From: Macrostomum lignano
Taxonomy: Eukaryota
Reading direction: 5' to 3'
NCBI GenBank assembly: GCA_002269645.1
Contig: NIVC01002753.1
Span: 1-64,000 of the forward strand
DNA: 64,000 bases
The notes under the pieces were generated by a model. That model was given only the letters and a program-made list of their open reading frames with translations, did no database searches and had not been told where the DNA came from. The position numbers were made by a program, and so were the translations under genes. Every line of letters begins with the position of its first letter. The first letter of the stretch is position 1. Below, piece after piece: positions 53,085-64,000 of this stretch.

Positions 53085-53555
53085 GACGCCGTCTGACACC
53101 CAACATTGACGCTATCTGATACCCAACATCGGCGCTATCTGACACTCGATTTCGGCGCTATCTGAAATCCAAATGTGGCGCTATCTGACATTTATTTTGG
53201 GCGCTATCTGACATTTAACTTTGAGCGCTATCTGACACTTGATTTTGGCACTATCTGACACTTGATTTTGGCGCTATCTAACACTTGATTTTGGCGCTAT
53301 CTGACACTTGATTTTGGCGCTATCTGACACAAATTTGGCGCTTTCTGACACTTAATTTTTGCGCTATCTGACACTTGATTTTGGCGCTATCTGACACTTA
53401 ATTTTTGCGCTATCTGACACTTGATTTTGGCGCTATCTGACACTTGATTTTTGCGCTATCTGACACTTGATTTTGGCGCTATCTGACACAAATTTAGCGC
53501 TATCTGACACTTAATTTTTGCGCTATCTGACACTTGATTTTGGCGCTATCTGACA
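53085..53555. repeat. 23-bp minisatellite (acacttgattttggcgctatctg)
   Basis: Direct inspection. Confidence 0.92.
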
Positions 53556-54171
53556 CCCAGTTTCAGCTATTGACGAACTTTTTTGCTTTACATTGCCCTA
53601 CAAAAATTGAACTTGTGGTGGTAGATGAAGGACACAAACTGTCCTGAAATGTCAGGAAATTAAAAAACAGTATGAGGTCAACCAGCTTATCTTCAGGAAA
53701 AATTCGCAAGAAATGCCAGCTTAAGAGGTTCCAGTAATCCACCAGCTTAGGCCCCCGTTTAAGCCTAATTCGCTGAAAGAAACTTGCCGCATTAAAAAGA
53801 TAATAAATAAAAGTTAGTTAAGCGTTACTCTTGCAGTATATTTATCTACCTAACTTAGATGGAAGAGGTTCGAAAAGGTGTAGAAGAAAGGGTTAATTCA
53901 GGTCAACACCGTTTTTTCCAAGGTTAAACTGCCTGGTATAAGTTTTGACTGTTGTATACAAAGTTGATGTGCCGTGCAGAATCATACACACATTTTGTAT
54001 CACGAAGGCAAGAAAATAAATTAATCTGAGGGTTGGGCCTAGGCAAAGACTTGTAGGTAGATATGTGGAAGCTTCTAGGCTTTAAGAAGCCATGGGTCAT
54101 TAGATGAATAAGTTTTTTGAATCTGTGTGTTTTCCTAGAAATGCCGATTAGATTCTTGAAATTTTTGAGAT

Positions 54172-54520
54172 AGAGAAGGGTGAGGAGGGTGAGACAGGGG
54201 AGGGTAAAGAGGGTGAGACAGGGGAGGGTAAGGAGGGTAAGACGGGAGGGTGAGGAGGGTGAGACAGGGTAGGTGAGACAGGGGAGGGTGAGGAGGGTGA
54301 GACGGGGATTGATGAAGGTAAGACAGAGGCTTTTTAAAGGAGGGTGAGACAGGGGGTTGAGGAGGGTGATACAGGGGAGGGAGGGAGGGTTGAGGAGGGT
54401 GAGATAGGGTAGGGTAAGGAGGGTGAGGAAGGTGAGACAAGGGAGGGTGAGGGGTAAGACAGCAGAATGTGAAGAGGGTAAGACAGTGGAGGGTGAGACA
54501 GAGGATGATGAGACTAAAGA
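54172..54520. repeat. Degenerate G-rich repeat (gagggtgagacaggg)
   Basis: Direct inspection. Confidence 0.85.
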
Positions 54521-55019
54521 GGGGGATACTTTATGGTAAGAACTGCATATTTTTTAAGCGCCAAAGATCAGCCCGACTCAGTTAATTTATTCTTTTAAAA
54601 GCAAAAATTTGGAATATTGCAGAGTGGCAAATTCTGCAGGCCACAGCTAGATTAGCTGGCAAATTTGACAAATGCGCTTTGACAGGCAGTCAGAGTCAAT
54701 CACCGAGTTTCCCAACCCAACAGTGCGCTGCACTCGAATGTAATTTCATTGCGTTAGCGTTGGCTTGGCAGGTCATTTGAGGTCATATCCTCAGCGCTCG
54801 AAATTACTTCCATCAATTTATATTCGAGTATTTTGGTAGGGGCAAATATTTCCTATCTACCTTGGCCTCCCAGCGTGCAGGTCAGGGAAGTGTAGGATAA
54901 TTATTTCCGGTCAATTTATCTCTCCAAACACCTCTTGGCCCGGAGGTAACGGGAAACTAGAAAAGTTTTGCGCTTTCAGAGAATATTTTTGAGCTAGACA
55001 GAGGGAGAAGTGCGATTGG

Positions 55020-55645
55020 AAGAGAAATGAGAGGGAGGGGAAAGGGGGATAGAAAAGAGGGAGAGATGAGAGGGAGAGATGAGAGGGAGAGATAAGATGG
55101 AGAGATAAGAGGGAGAGATAAGAGGAAGAGATGAGAGCAAGAGATAAGAGGGTGAGATGAGAGGGAGAGATAAGAGGGAGAGATAAGAGGGTGAGATAAG
55201 AGGGAGAGATAAGAGGAAGAGATGAGAGCAAGAGATAAGAGGGTGAGATGAGAGGGAGAGATAAGAGGGAGAGATAAGAGGAAGAGATGAGAGCAAGAGA
55301 TAAGAGGGTGAGATGAGAGGGAGAGATAAGAGGGAGAGATAAGATGGAGAGATAAGAGGGAGAGATAAGAGGAAGAGATGAGAGCAAGAGATAAGAGGGT
55401 GAGATGAGAGGGAGAGATAAGAGGGAGAGATAAGAGGGAGAGATAAGAGGAAGAGATGAGAGGGAGAGATAAGAGGGTGAGATAAGAGGGAGAGATAAGA
55501 AGGAGAGATAAGAGGGAGAGATAAGAGGGAGAGATAAGAGGGAGAGATAAGAAGGAGAGATAAGAGGGAGAGATAAGAGGGAGAGATAAGAGGGAGAGAT
55601 AAGAGGGAGAGATTAGAGGGAGAGATGAGAGGGAGAGGAGAGGAA
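55020..55645. repeat. 13-bp purine-rich minisatellite (gagggagagataa)
   Basis: Direct inspection. Confidence 0.92.
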
Positions 55646-56177
55646 ACTAAAGCATGGGGAGATGGAGAGAAGGGAGAATGAAATATAAAGGAAGAGATAG
55701 CTACATAAATGTTACTCGTATATTATTTTTTAAGATTTCAAAGAAATTTTCGTAGAAAGCAGAATTTCTCCGCTGACCAAACCCCTTTATCCAGCGTTAT
55801 TGGCCCATGATCACCGATATGTATTATAAATAATTTCCCACCGCTACAAGAGAAGGAAAAATTACAAATTGTTGTGGTTTCGCCGTTCGGCTTGGACTAT
55901 TTTGGTTCACTTGGCGAACTATTTTTATGATACAAAGGGTAAAAAGATTTTATTCATAATATGCAAGTTTTTGGAGCGATATTATTTTATTATTATAATT
56001 GCGAAATGCCCACTTTCTGCGCAGTTTTCGCACTTCCTGCTGCTCCTTGCGCGCAAAAACTGTCTGTGTTCTAACCAATAAACGGAACACTGAAGTACCA
56101 AATAGTGAACAGAAATTAATAGTCTCTAGCAGCTCTGGTCTGATAAAGTACTCTGAGCTTTAAAAAGCAGGGTACTC

Positions 56178-56585
56178 AAGCCCCTGGTGCTGAATTCCCA
56201 GGTGCTAAATACCCTGGTGCTAAAGTCCCTGGTGCTCAAGTCCCTGGTGCTAAAGTCCCTGGTGCTGAAATCCCTGGTGCTAAAGCCCCTGGTGCTGAAA
56301 TCCCTGGTGCTAAAGCCCCTGGTGCTGAAATCCCTGGTGCTAAAGCCCCTGGTGCTGAATTCCCTGGTGCTAAAGCCCCTGGTGCTAAAGCCCCTGGTGC
56401 TGAATTCCCTGGTGCTAAAGTCACTGGTGCTAAAGTCACTGGTGCTTAAGTCCCTGGTGCTAAAGTCCCTGGTGCTTAAGTCCCTGGTGCTAAAGTCACT
56501 GGTGCTAAAGCCTTGGTGCTAAATTCACTGGTGCTAAAGTCCCTGGTGCTAAAGCCTTGGTGCTGAAGCCCCTTGGTGCTAAAGC
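56178..56585. repeat. 15-bp minisatellite (ccctggtgctaaagc variants), locus 3 of 3
   Basis: Direct inspection. Confidence 0.93.
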
Positions 56586-56619
56586 TCAGCATCTTTCCAA
56601 ACCGTCACTCCACCCGCAG

Positions 56620-57064
56620 GTCCACTCGCAGCCGTACGCCAATTGCGAGGCTCAATATTTCACCTGTTCAACTTGCCTTTCGCCTAGCAACCCGCACTGT
56701 CTATGGTCCAACCTGCCCGGCTCCAACGGAGGCTGTCGCACGGTGAAGCCACGGGAGCAGTATAATCTGACGGCGATCGCCTCTCTGGCTGAGGTCACTG
56801 AACCCGAGAGGTGCGCTCGGGTGACGCTGATATCTGGCGAAGGCGTCGATGTGGACCAGCTCAGACAGGGAGGCGAAACTGCCGCTTCTGTTGTTGCTGA
56901 GGTGGCAAATGCACCGCTGGGACTGCCGCTGCACTGCCAGCTGGAAGTGGCCGGCAACGCTTCTGAGGCAGCTGAAGTAGCGAGGGTTCAGTACAATGGG
57001 ACTGCGGCTGTGGTCACCTGCGGACTGAGCACGGCCCGCCTGGCTGCTCTGCTGGGAGATAGAA
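56620..57064 (+). CDS. PLXN: Plexin exon 3 (PSI 1 and following beta domain)
   Basis: CEAQYFTCSTCLSPSNPHCLWS PSI cysteine pattern; CAG/GTAAGT. Confidence 0.88.
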
Positions 57065-57076
57065 GTAAGTGGTTCT

Positions 57077-57870
<794 letters not shown>

Positions 57871-57873
57871 CAG

Positions 57874-58214
57874 GCAGCAGACAGCTTACCCTGCAGCTAT
57901 CAGTGAATTCGAACCCCGGCCAATCAGCCCTGGCGTCGGCTGAATTGTTCGCTTTTGCCTGCAGCCGGCACTCGAGCTGCAACAGCTGCACCGAAGGCGG
58001 TCGCGGTCGGTGTGGCTGGTGCGTTCCGGAGGGCAGGTGTCTGACGGCCGGTTCAAGTTGCGGCGTGGACAGTTTTGCCTCAGAGAGTTTGCTATTAACC
58101 AGGTCACGGTGTCCCGTCATTCACTTAGCCTCAGGTGCCTCAGAAGCTCCGATGTTGCCATCAGGTGCAAGCCAAGGTCAGGCTAGACTGGTGTATGCAG
58201 CTGCGGGATTGCAG
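57874..58214 (+). CDS. PLXN: Plexin exon 4 (PSI 2)
   Basis: CSRHSSCNSCTEGGRGRCGWCVPEGRC; phase-1 join; GTAAGC donor. Confidence 0.9.
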
Positions 58215-58587
58215 GTAAGCATCGCATCGAATGCCTAGCACATGTACGAGAATAATGGAGAATACTTCATTAAAGGAACTAACTGTCTCTAAGCAGTCTG
58301 TGCTCTCCAGTGTCAGTTTCCCGGCAATCAATATTGGCACAGCCAAAATAGAGTTCGGCCCAGAGCAAGTATAGGAGGGCCCAAGGGTAGCAAACAGATA
58401 TTGAGCCGGGCCAGCAATCGATGCCTCAACTGCGGCATGTATGCGTGCGCTGGCTGAGTCAGAAAGGAAGCGAATAAACACTAAATAGTGGTATTATTTC
58501 ATCTGCGCCCCACCGGATCGATGGGGAGAATTTTTCCTCAGCTGTAAACTGCAAGCCTTTCGCAATTTTTCTATTCTCCATCCGCAG

Positions 58588-60603
58588 GCCTACATGCGCT
58601 CACTCTACTGCAGAGTCAGTTGCCCGGGAACTTCTGCGCTGAATCTTTCTGCTAGCCTCTCCGATGACGGTCGAGAGTTCAACTGTCGTATTCCGACGGG
58701 AACTCGACTAACTTACGCGTCGAAGACTTTACAGAATGTCACCTGTTCGGTGAGGTTCTACTGGACGACTGGCACTTCGTCTGGTGGACGGCGTCTGTTG
58801 GACTCGGACGGGCCAGCCGGGAGCCTGGTGCTGTACAAGTGTCAGGCCATGGCGGGATCCTGCGACGCCTGCGTTCTGGCCGTTTCCCAACGATACGGCT
58901 GCGTCTGGTGCGGCGATTCGTGCGCCGTTGAGTCCAGCTGCTCAGCTAGTCGAGTGCCGCACGGCGGTCTCTGCGCCAATCCCCGGCTGCTGTCGGTCAG
59001 GCCGGCAAAACTGGCGCCCAGACCGGGGCTGAGACTTCGAGCCGACGGCGACAATTTGGGTAACTCGCCCGAAAGCCTGTCGGCTCGCCTGTTGGCCGAC
59101 TCAGCGCCGGCTCTGGACTGTCGAATCGATGCGTTGAGGTATCGTCCTGGCCAAAGTTTTGTCTGTCACGTGGACGATGCCGCCCGATGGAAGATGTTGG
59201 CGATTATCGACTAGAAGTGAGCGTTCTGGGCCTGGCTAATGGCTCCACAGCGACAGCCGTTAGCGGGCCGCTGCCAGTCCGGCTGCCGTCAGTTGATTCA
59301 GTGACGCCTTCGACGGTGCAACGCGGCGGTCGAGTTGTGGTGCGCCTTCGAGGAGCAAACCTGGATGCCGGATCCGATCTGTTTGTGTCCTGGCGTCTTG
59401 TAGCTGGGAACAACACCACTGAGCACGGTCTGGAGGTCAACTCTGCCGAGGTGCTTGAACGCTCACACGGCAGTATGACGGTAAAGTTGGCTACTTTCAA
59501 TGCCACAGGAACGTACCATCCGGTACTGTCCGTTCAAGGCTCGGTGGTTCAAAATCCGACCCTTGGAGCTGATTTGCTCCTGCAAGTCATGCCGAATGCG
59601 AAGCTGGCAATTGCCTCGGACGAGCTGAGGTCGGCACTCATACCGTCTGGTGGGCTAGACTTTGTCATCTCCGGCCAAGGATTGTCTAATGTACGTCGGG
59701 CAGCGCTGCGATTTGTAGAACTGTCAAATGCAAGCAGTAGAACAGGAGACGCGCCTCTGACTCTGGAATCTCCTTGTCATCTGGTGATGCCGGACACGAC
59801 TAGCGCGGATACCGAAAGATTAGTCTGTCCTAGTCCGAGGGTACCTATTTCGATTGCGAAAAAGATCGGCGCCAAAGAAGGCAGCGCCGAAGCTTCATCG
59901 AAGGTTCACAGCCGGTCCGCAGATTCTCTGCAACGATACTGCTGGATGAGCTCAGCTATCCGTACTCGACTACTCTGACTCTATTTCCCAATCCCATTAT
60001 TGAGCCGCTCTCTTCTCGACCACCCGTGCTGCTGCAAAGCTCGTCCGATGCTCGACAGACTCGAAAGTTGCAGCTGTTTGGCCGAGGCCTCCTCCAGTCT
60101 GTTCGGCCAGCTGACATCCGCGTGACAGTCGGCTCGGCGCCGTGCCAAGGCGTCACCCAGGTGAGAAGTGCCGCCAGTGAACTGGAAGTTTTCACCTGCC
60201 AGTTCCGTCTGACGGAGAACGACCTCGGCCAGGCCCTCCCGGTTCGAGCTTCGATTGGACGCCTGAATTTCGAGCTCGGTTATCTCACCTTTGTGGTGGA
60301 GTTTCCCTGGAGTTACGTCTACGCGATCGCGGGCATAGGCTCGATGCTGCTAATTGCCGCGGCCATTGCTTGCTGCATTCACGCGCATCAACGGTCTCGA
60401 AAGCGCAGCGACAAGGTCAACGGCATCGAGGTTCATCTAAACAAACTCGAGGCCAAAGTGTCCAAGAGTTGTCGGGACGCGTTCGCCGAGCTGCAGCTGA
60501 ATTCTAGTCCGGATTCCACGGAGGATTCCACGGCTCCGGCTCCGGTGCGAACCTACGGCCAGTTTGCTGCCTACTCCTGCTTTGCGGAGCGGTACAAAGA
60601 GCG
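58588..60603 (+). CDS. PLXN: Plexin exon 5 (PSI 3, IPT/TIG domains, TM helix, juxtamembrane coiled coil); two apparent -1 frame breaks near 59185 and 59840-59920
   Basis: YKCQAMAGSCDACV..GCVWC; PSVDSVTPSTVQRGGR..GANL; FPNPIIEP; TM YVYAIAGIGSMLLIAAAIACCI; LNKLEAKVSKSCRDAFAELQ; three overlapping ORFs in successive frames. Confidence 0.85.
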
Positions 60604-60703
60604 GTGAGTATACTTTGAGTTGGTCATTCTTCCTTTGTTATAAGGAGCCCCCTCGAGGCTCCTGGGCGCAAGAGTCAGTTCAAAGGCATTCTTCAGCAAG
60701 ACA

Positions 60704-60945
60704 GGGGTTGTAGCCTAGTGGTTAGAACGTCGGGCTCACGACTGAGAGGTCGGGGGTTCGAATCTCGACCCAGTTGGAACAATTTGTGTCGCGTAACTCT
60801 GCATTGCTTTGATTCACCCAGCTGTGGCGACCCCCCAGTCCTTGGACTGAACAGCCGTATGCAGCCTTCAGATGCGCCGCGCAATAGCTGCCACTGAGCT
60901 ATCGGTTGCACATCTGCACCTTAGGGCAGGTGTATTCAATTGTTT
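60704..60945 (+). mobile_element. Second tRNA-derived SINE-like element (Val-CAC-like head)
   Basis: A box TAGCCTAGTGG, B box GGTTCGAATC, poor acceptor stem, unrelated body; single copy in window. Confidence 0.55.
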
Positions 60946-61095
60946 TTGTTATAGTGTTAACTCAACAATAGCAATGTATCTATTAATTTTTACGTAGCTC
61001 AGTCCTGTACAGTTTAGGAGCTAACTTTTACTGAGCTGTGAGAGTCATAGCAAACTCCGACAGCAAGCCCCTCTCAACCCATCTTTAATCTCCAG

Positions 61096-61630
61096 GTTTA
61101 TCGCCAATGACTGTTTATTTGCCGACGTAGCAACAGAGGAGGCAGCCAACGGGCACGATTCTGCAGACGTGCGCAAAGCTTTGGGCCAACTGCGCCACCT
61201 GCTGCTCAATGAGGACTTCCTTCTGACTCTGATTGCAGCGTTGGAGTCGCGGACCGACAGTTTTATGCACCAGGAGCGTAACCACTTCGGCTCGCTAGTG
61301 TCTGCCCTGCTATTCTCCGATCCGACTTATTTCACCCGCATTCTGACCGCCCTAATTCGCCAGCTTATTGAACGAAAACGCGACGCTCACGACAACTGCA
61401 AGGTGACATTTCGTCGCTGCGATTCGGTTGCCGAGCGGTTGCTACCCAATTGGTTGGCATTTCTAATGTATGACCATCTGGCTAGCAGGGTAGCGGAGCC
61501 ACTGTACAGACTTAGCCGGGAAATGCGGCTGCAAATCTACCGAGGTCCAGTGGACCAGGTGACTGAGGACTCGAGGTACACTATCAATGAGCAGAAACTG
61601 CTTAAGAAGGAGATCACGTTTCGTCCGATG
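61096..61630 (+). CDS. PLXN: Plexin exon (RasGAP C1 segment)
   Basis: LLLNEDFLLTLIAALE; FRRCDSVAERLLPNW (catalytic RR retained); GPVDQVTEDSRYTINEQKLL. Confidence 0.95.
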
Positions 61631-61722
61631 GTTAGTTTTACAACGTTGAATTCTCATCAAGTATATCATGTAAATCTTCACATATTTCTACTGAAAGTAA
61701 GCATCTGTGCACATCATTCCAG

Positions 61723-61963
61723 ATATTGGTTTTCTACGACCGATTTGGGCAGTTTGGCAACGGTGCGGAGCCTCTACAATGCAAAGTGTCTGTACTCGAC
61801 TGCGACACCGTGCGTCAGGCTAAAGAGAAAATTCTGGACGCAGTCTACTCGCGATTGCGCGTCCCCGCCTCGAGACGACTGCCAGCCAGCCGTTTCGACC
61901 TGATCCGGTTTGGTACTCCGCCAACCGTAGCGGCGGTTGAGCCGACCGCGTCTGGCGAACGCG
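61723..61963 (+). CDS. PLXN: Plexin exon (RhoGTPase-binding domain)
   Basis: KVSVLDCDTVRQAKEKILDAVY; CAG/GTGAGT. Confidence 0.94.
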
Positions 61964-62059
61964 GTGAGTGATGTTGCATTGTTGGCAGTCTGCTATAATC
62001 TGCTTGCTGTGGTAGAAATCTCCCTAAAAGTGTTTTAATTTGTTGTCAAAATACCCAAG

Positions 62060-62296
62060 GCATCCAAGTTCTACAAGAAATGGACGATATTGACGTTGGT
62101 GGCAGCAGCGATGGAATGCAGCGACTGCGTCGTATGAGTTGCTTAAACCTGATCGACCCCGATGCCTCGACTAATAACAACGGCGGCGGCAATGCGGCTG
62201 GCTGCGGGCCGTTCTGGGTGTACCTCAGGCCGAGGAAAAACGCCGGCAATTCAATCGAGTCAACTCGGCGCGGGCTCTGCAAAGGTGCGTCTTACG
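62060..62296 (+). CDS. PLXN: Plexin exon (RBD C-terminal part, divergent)
   Basis: GIQVLQEMDD resembles plexin xxVLQDED; phase-1 donors at 62285 or 62297. Confidence 0.7.
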
Positions 62297-62697
62297 GTGA
62301 GCATTGGAGCCAAAGCTGATGACTAGTCAGTTGACTTTTTTAAATAGTTCAAGCGTACAATGACGTATTCATCAAGAGGTGAGGGTTTACACGGCAACGC
62401 ATATCATCGAAGGCCCTCACTACGTACTAAGTAACATAAAAACTCAAACAGGGTGTACAACGATTCTGACTCTCGATCGTTTAAAGCATTTACTACACGC
62501 TCTGTGTCGATTGGGATTGGACCTTCATTTGCGGGAAGTCTTTGAGTGAGATCAGATTTCCCTCGAAAGTGTGCACGAAGGTCGGAAGCGATTACACGGG
62601 GCAACTTTTGCTTTTTTCAACCCTCTCCCCCTTAGCTAGCCATAAAGTTGAGTCTGTCTGCGAATTCTGATCTATATTTTTCCTCTTGCCCATTCAG

Positions 62698-62965
62698 CCG
62701 ACATTGGCAGCCTGCCAGGCGGCGTCAGCTCCAAGTCGCTGCAGGACATGAAACATATCAGCAGCTCGTACTCGCGGTTGTCCACGTCAGCACCGAGGCA
62801 GTACCACCTCATCCAGCCCAGCGGACCGGCATCGCACACGCTCGACCGTGGACGAAGAAGCGCCGTCACGGTGGACGAGCAAAGAAAGGCGACGCTGATG
62901 GAGGCGAAGCTGACAACGAGCAAATTGTGTCGGAAGTTCTTTACCCGATATTGCTAAGTACAAAG
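62698..62965 (+). CDS. PLXN: Plexin exon (start of GAP C2 segment) with internal frame break
   Basis: QYHLIQP (cf. WHLVK) and IVSEVLYPILLSTK (cf. SEIYLTRLLATK) lie in different frames; polypyrimidine CAG acceptor, GTAAGT donor. Confidence 0.8.
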
Positions 62966-63168
62966 GTAAGTTGCTTTGGTCACTTTGGCTTGTGAATTAG
63001 TCAAATTAGATGTAGAACTAAAAGGAGGGAATCCCACGACAAATATTTTTGCTACACCGGAACGGAGCAAAGCAGAACAAGGACTAAATTTTGTTGCTCA
63101 ACTTCTGAAACAAGAATGAAGACACCAGCTCTAGACCGCCGAGTTATCCTGATATTAAAATCTGAATT

Positions 63169-63399
63169 TCCCCTGAGCAGGCACACAAGCGCGCGGATAC
63201 GTACGCAGTCATACGCACAGGCACACACTCACACAGGAGTGTACAGCGGCCCTAACTTTATATTATCGTTAGGCATGTACACTTCACTGTGCCTTGGGGG
63301 TTGGCTCCTCAAGGCCGTTAATTGCACGAGCAGAGCCAAGCCGAGATTCCAATTTAGCCCCAAATTAATGTGACTGCACTTGGAATCGAGTCTGGCCCC
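63169..63399 (-). mobile_element. SINE family A partial copy
   Basis: Near-identical to 5575-5795. Confidence 0.85.
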
Positions 63400-64000
63400 A
63401 AGTTAGCTTAATCTTGAGAAATCGGCAACTCACGTTAGAAAATGGTCAATTACTCCCTTTCTCCGCAGTATTAAAAATTCCCTTACTAATACTGCCTGTG
63501 TAAGACATGTTATATTTTGTTAGGTCTTACTTAAATTTTATAGTAGGAGTACAAAGCCCTTTTAATTCCGCCCATCGAACTACTAAAGGGGGATACCCCC
63601 TGACATTCTTTTGCTGTGCTGGAACGGAGCAACGCAGGCGGCACCCGTAATTCAAGAACATGGGCCAAGTGTTTGTTGTTGAGAAATGCTTGAAAGACTA
63701 GCTGAGGACGTCCAGCAGTTGAGGCTTGGTTAGCGAAACTAGAGAAATCGCAAAGCGGTGTCCATAGCCACATCGTGTCACCTGTACGAGTAGAATGTCC
63801 AAAGCTCGGCCTGAGTGAAGGCAAGTGACCAACAAAGTCAGAGCTGATGCAGACGCATGTGTTCGACGTACTGCTGAAATTTGGAGATTTGGCAAGGTCA
63901 AACTGAGGCGCAGTGCTCATTGGAGCACAGGGATGTATTGATGCATTAGCGTTAGCGTCTCGTGATGCATGATGCATTAGCGTCTATGAGAGTCGGCGGA

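Noticed and set aside
60704-60776. Functional tRNA-Val(CAC)
   Set aside because: Acceptor stem does not pair, anticodon stem is irregular, and it runs into a SINE-like body; tRNAscan-SE would settle it.
62404-62604. Minus-strand 66-aa ORF with faint resemblance to the plexin C-terminal helix
   Set aside because: Antisense within an intron, short and without supporting splice context; similarity too weak to call by eye.
59170-62870. Programmed -1 ribosomal frameshifting in plexin
   Set aside because: No X XXY YYZ slippery heptamer or obvious downstream structure at any break, and three sequential events would give negligible product.
63531-63977. 148-aa minus-strand ORF or next plexin exon
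   Set aside because: No recognisable motif; the plexin C2 signature (GTLQKFVDD, WKSN, LRFW) is not seen in any plus frame.

Overview
Eukaryotic (metazoan) genomic DNA, not prokaryotic; GC-rich exons in AT-rich, minisatellite-stuffed introns suggest a flatworm such as Macrostomum (inference only). Two intron-rich genes lie on the + strand. (1) A complete 21-exon type IV diacylglycerol kinase (DGKZ/DGKI/rdgA family; 2493-33598; 4227 nt, 1408 aa by my manual splicing, all phases consistent) with two C1 domains, a MARCKS-like basic segment, DAGKc/DAGKa, ankyrin repeats and a C-terminal PDZ ligand ETEV. (2) A divergent plexin (44002-62965, 3' end presumably beyond the window) with signal peptide, Sema, PSI, IPT, TM and RasGAP/RBD segments, carrying three apparent -1 frame breaks. 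Introns hold about 30 tandem arrays, a tRNA-derived SINE family, a hAT MITE with an 8-bp TSD, a 908-bp retroposon with a 13-bp TSD, and a Penelope-like (GIY-YIG) insertion forming a 649-bp inverted repeat. The most striking observation is that the two Penelope arms differ at only 4 nt, all inside the hammerhead ribozyme motif, and these changes destroy the core of only the copy that is in sense with the DGK pre-mRNA. A possible small unannotated gene lies between the two genes (36.6-42.4 kb). Coordinates were read by eye; repeat boundaries are approximate.
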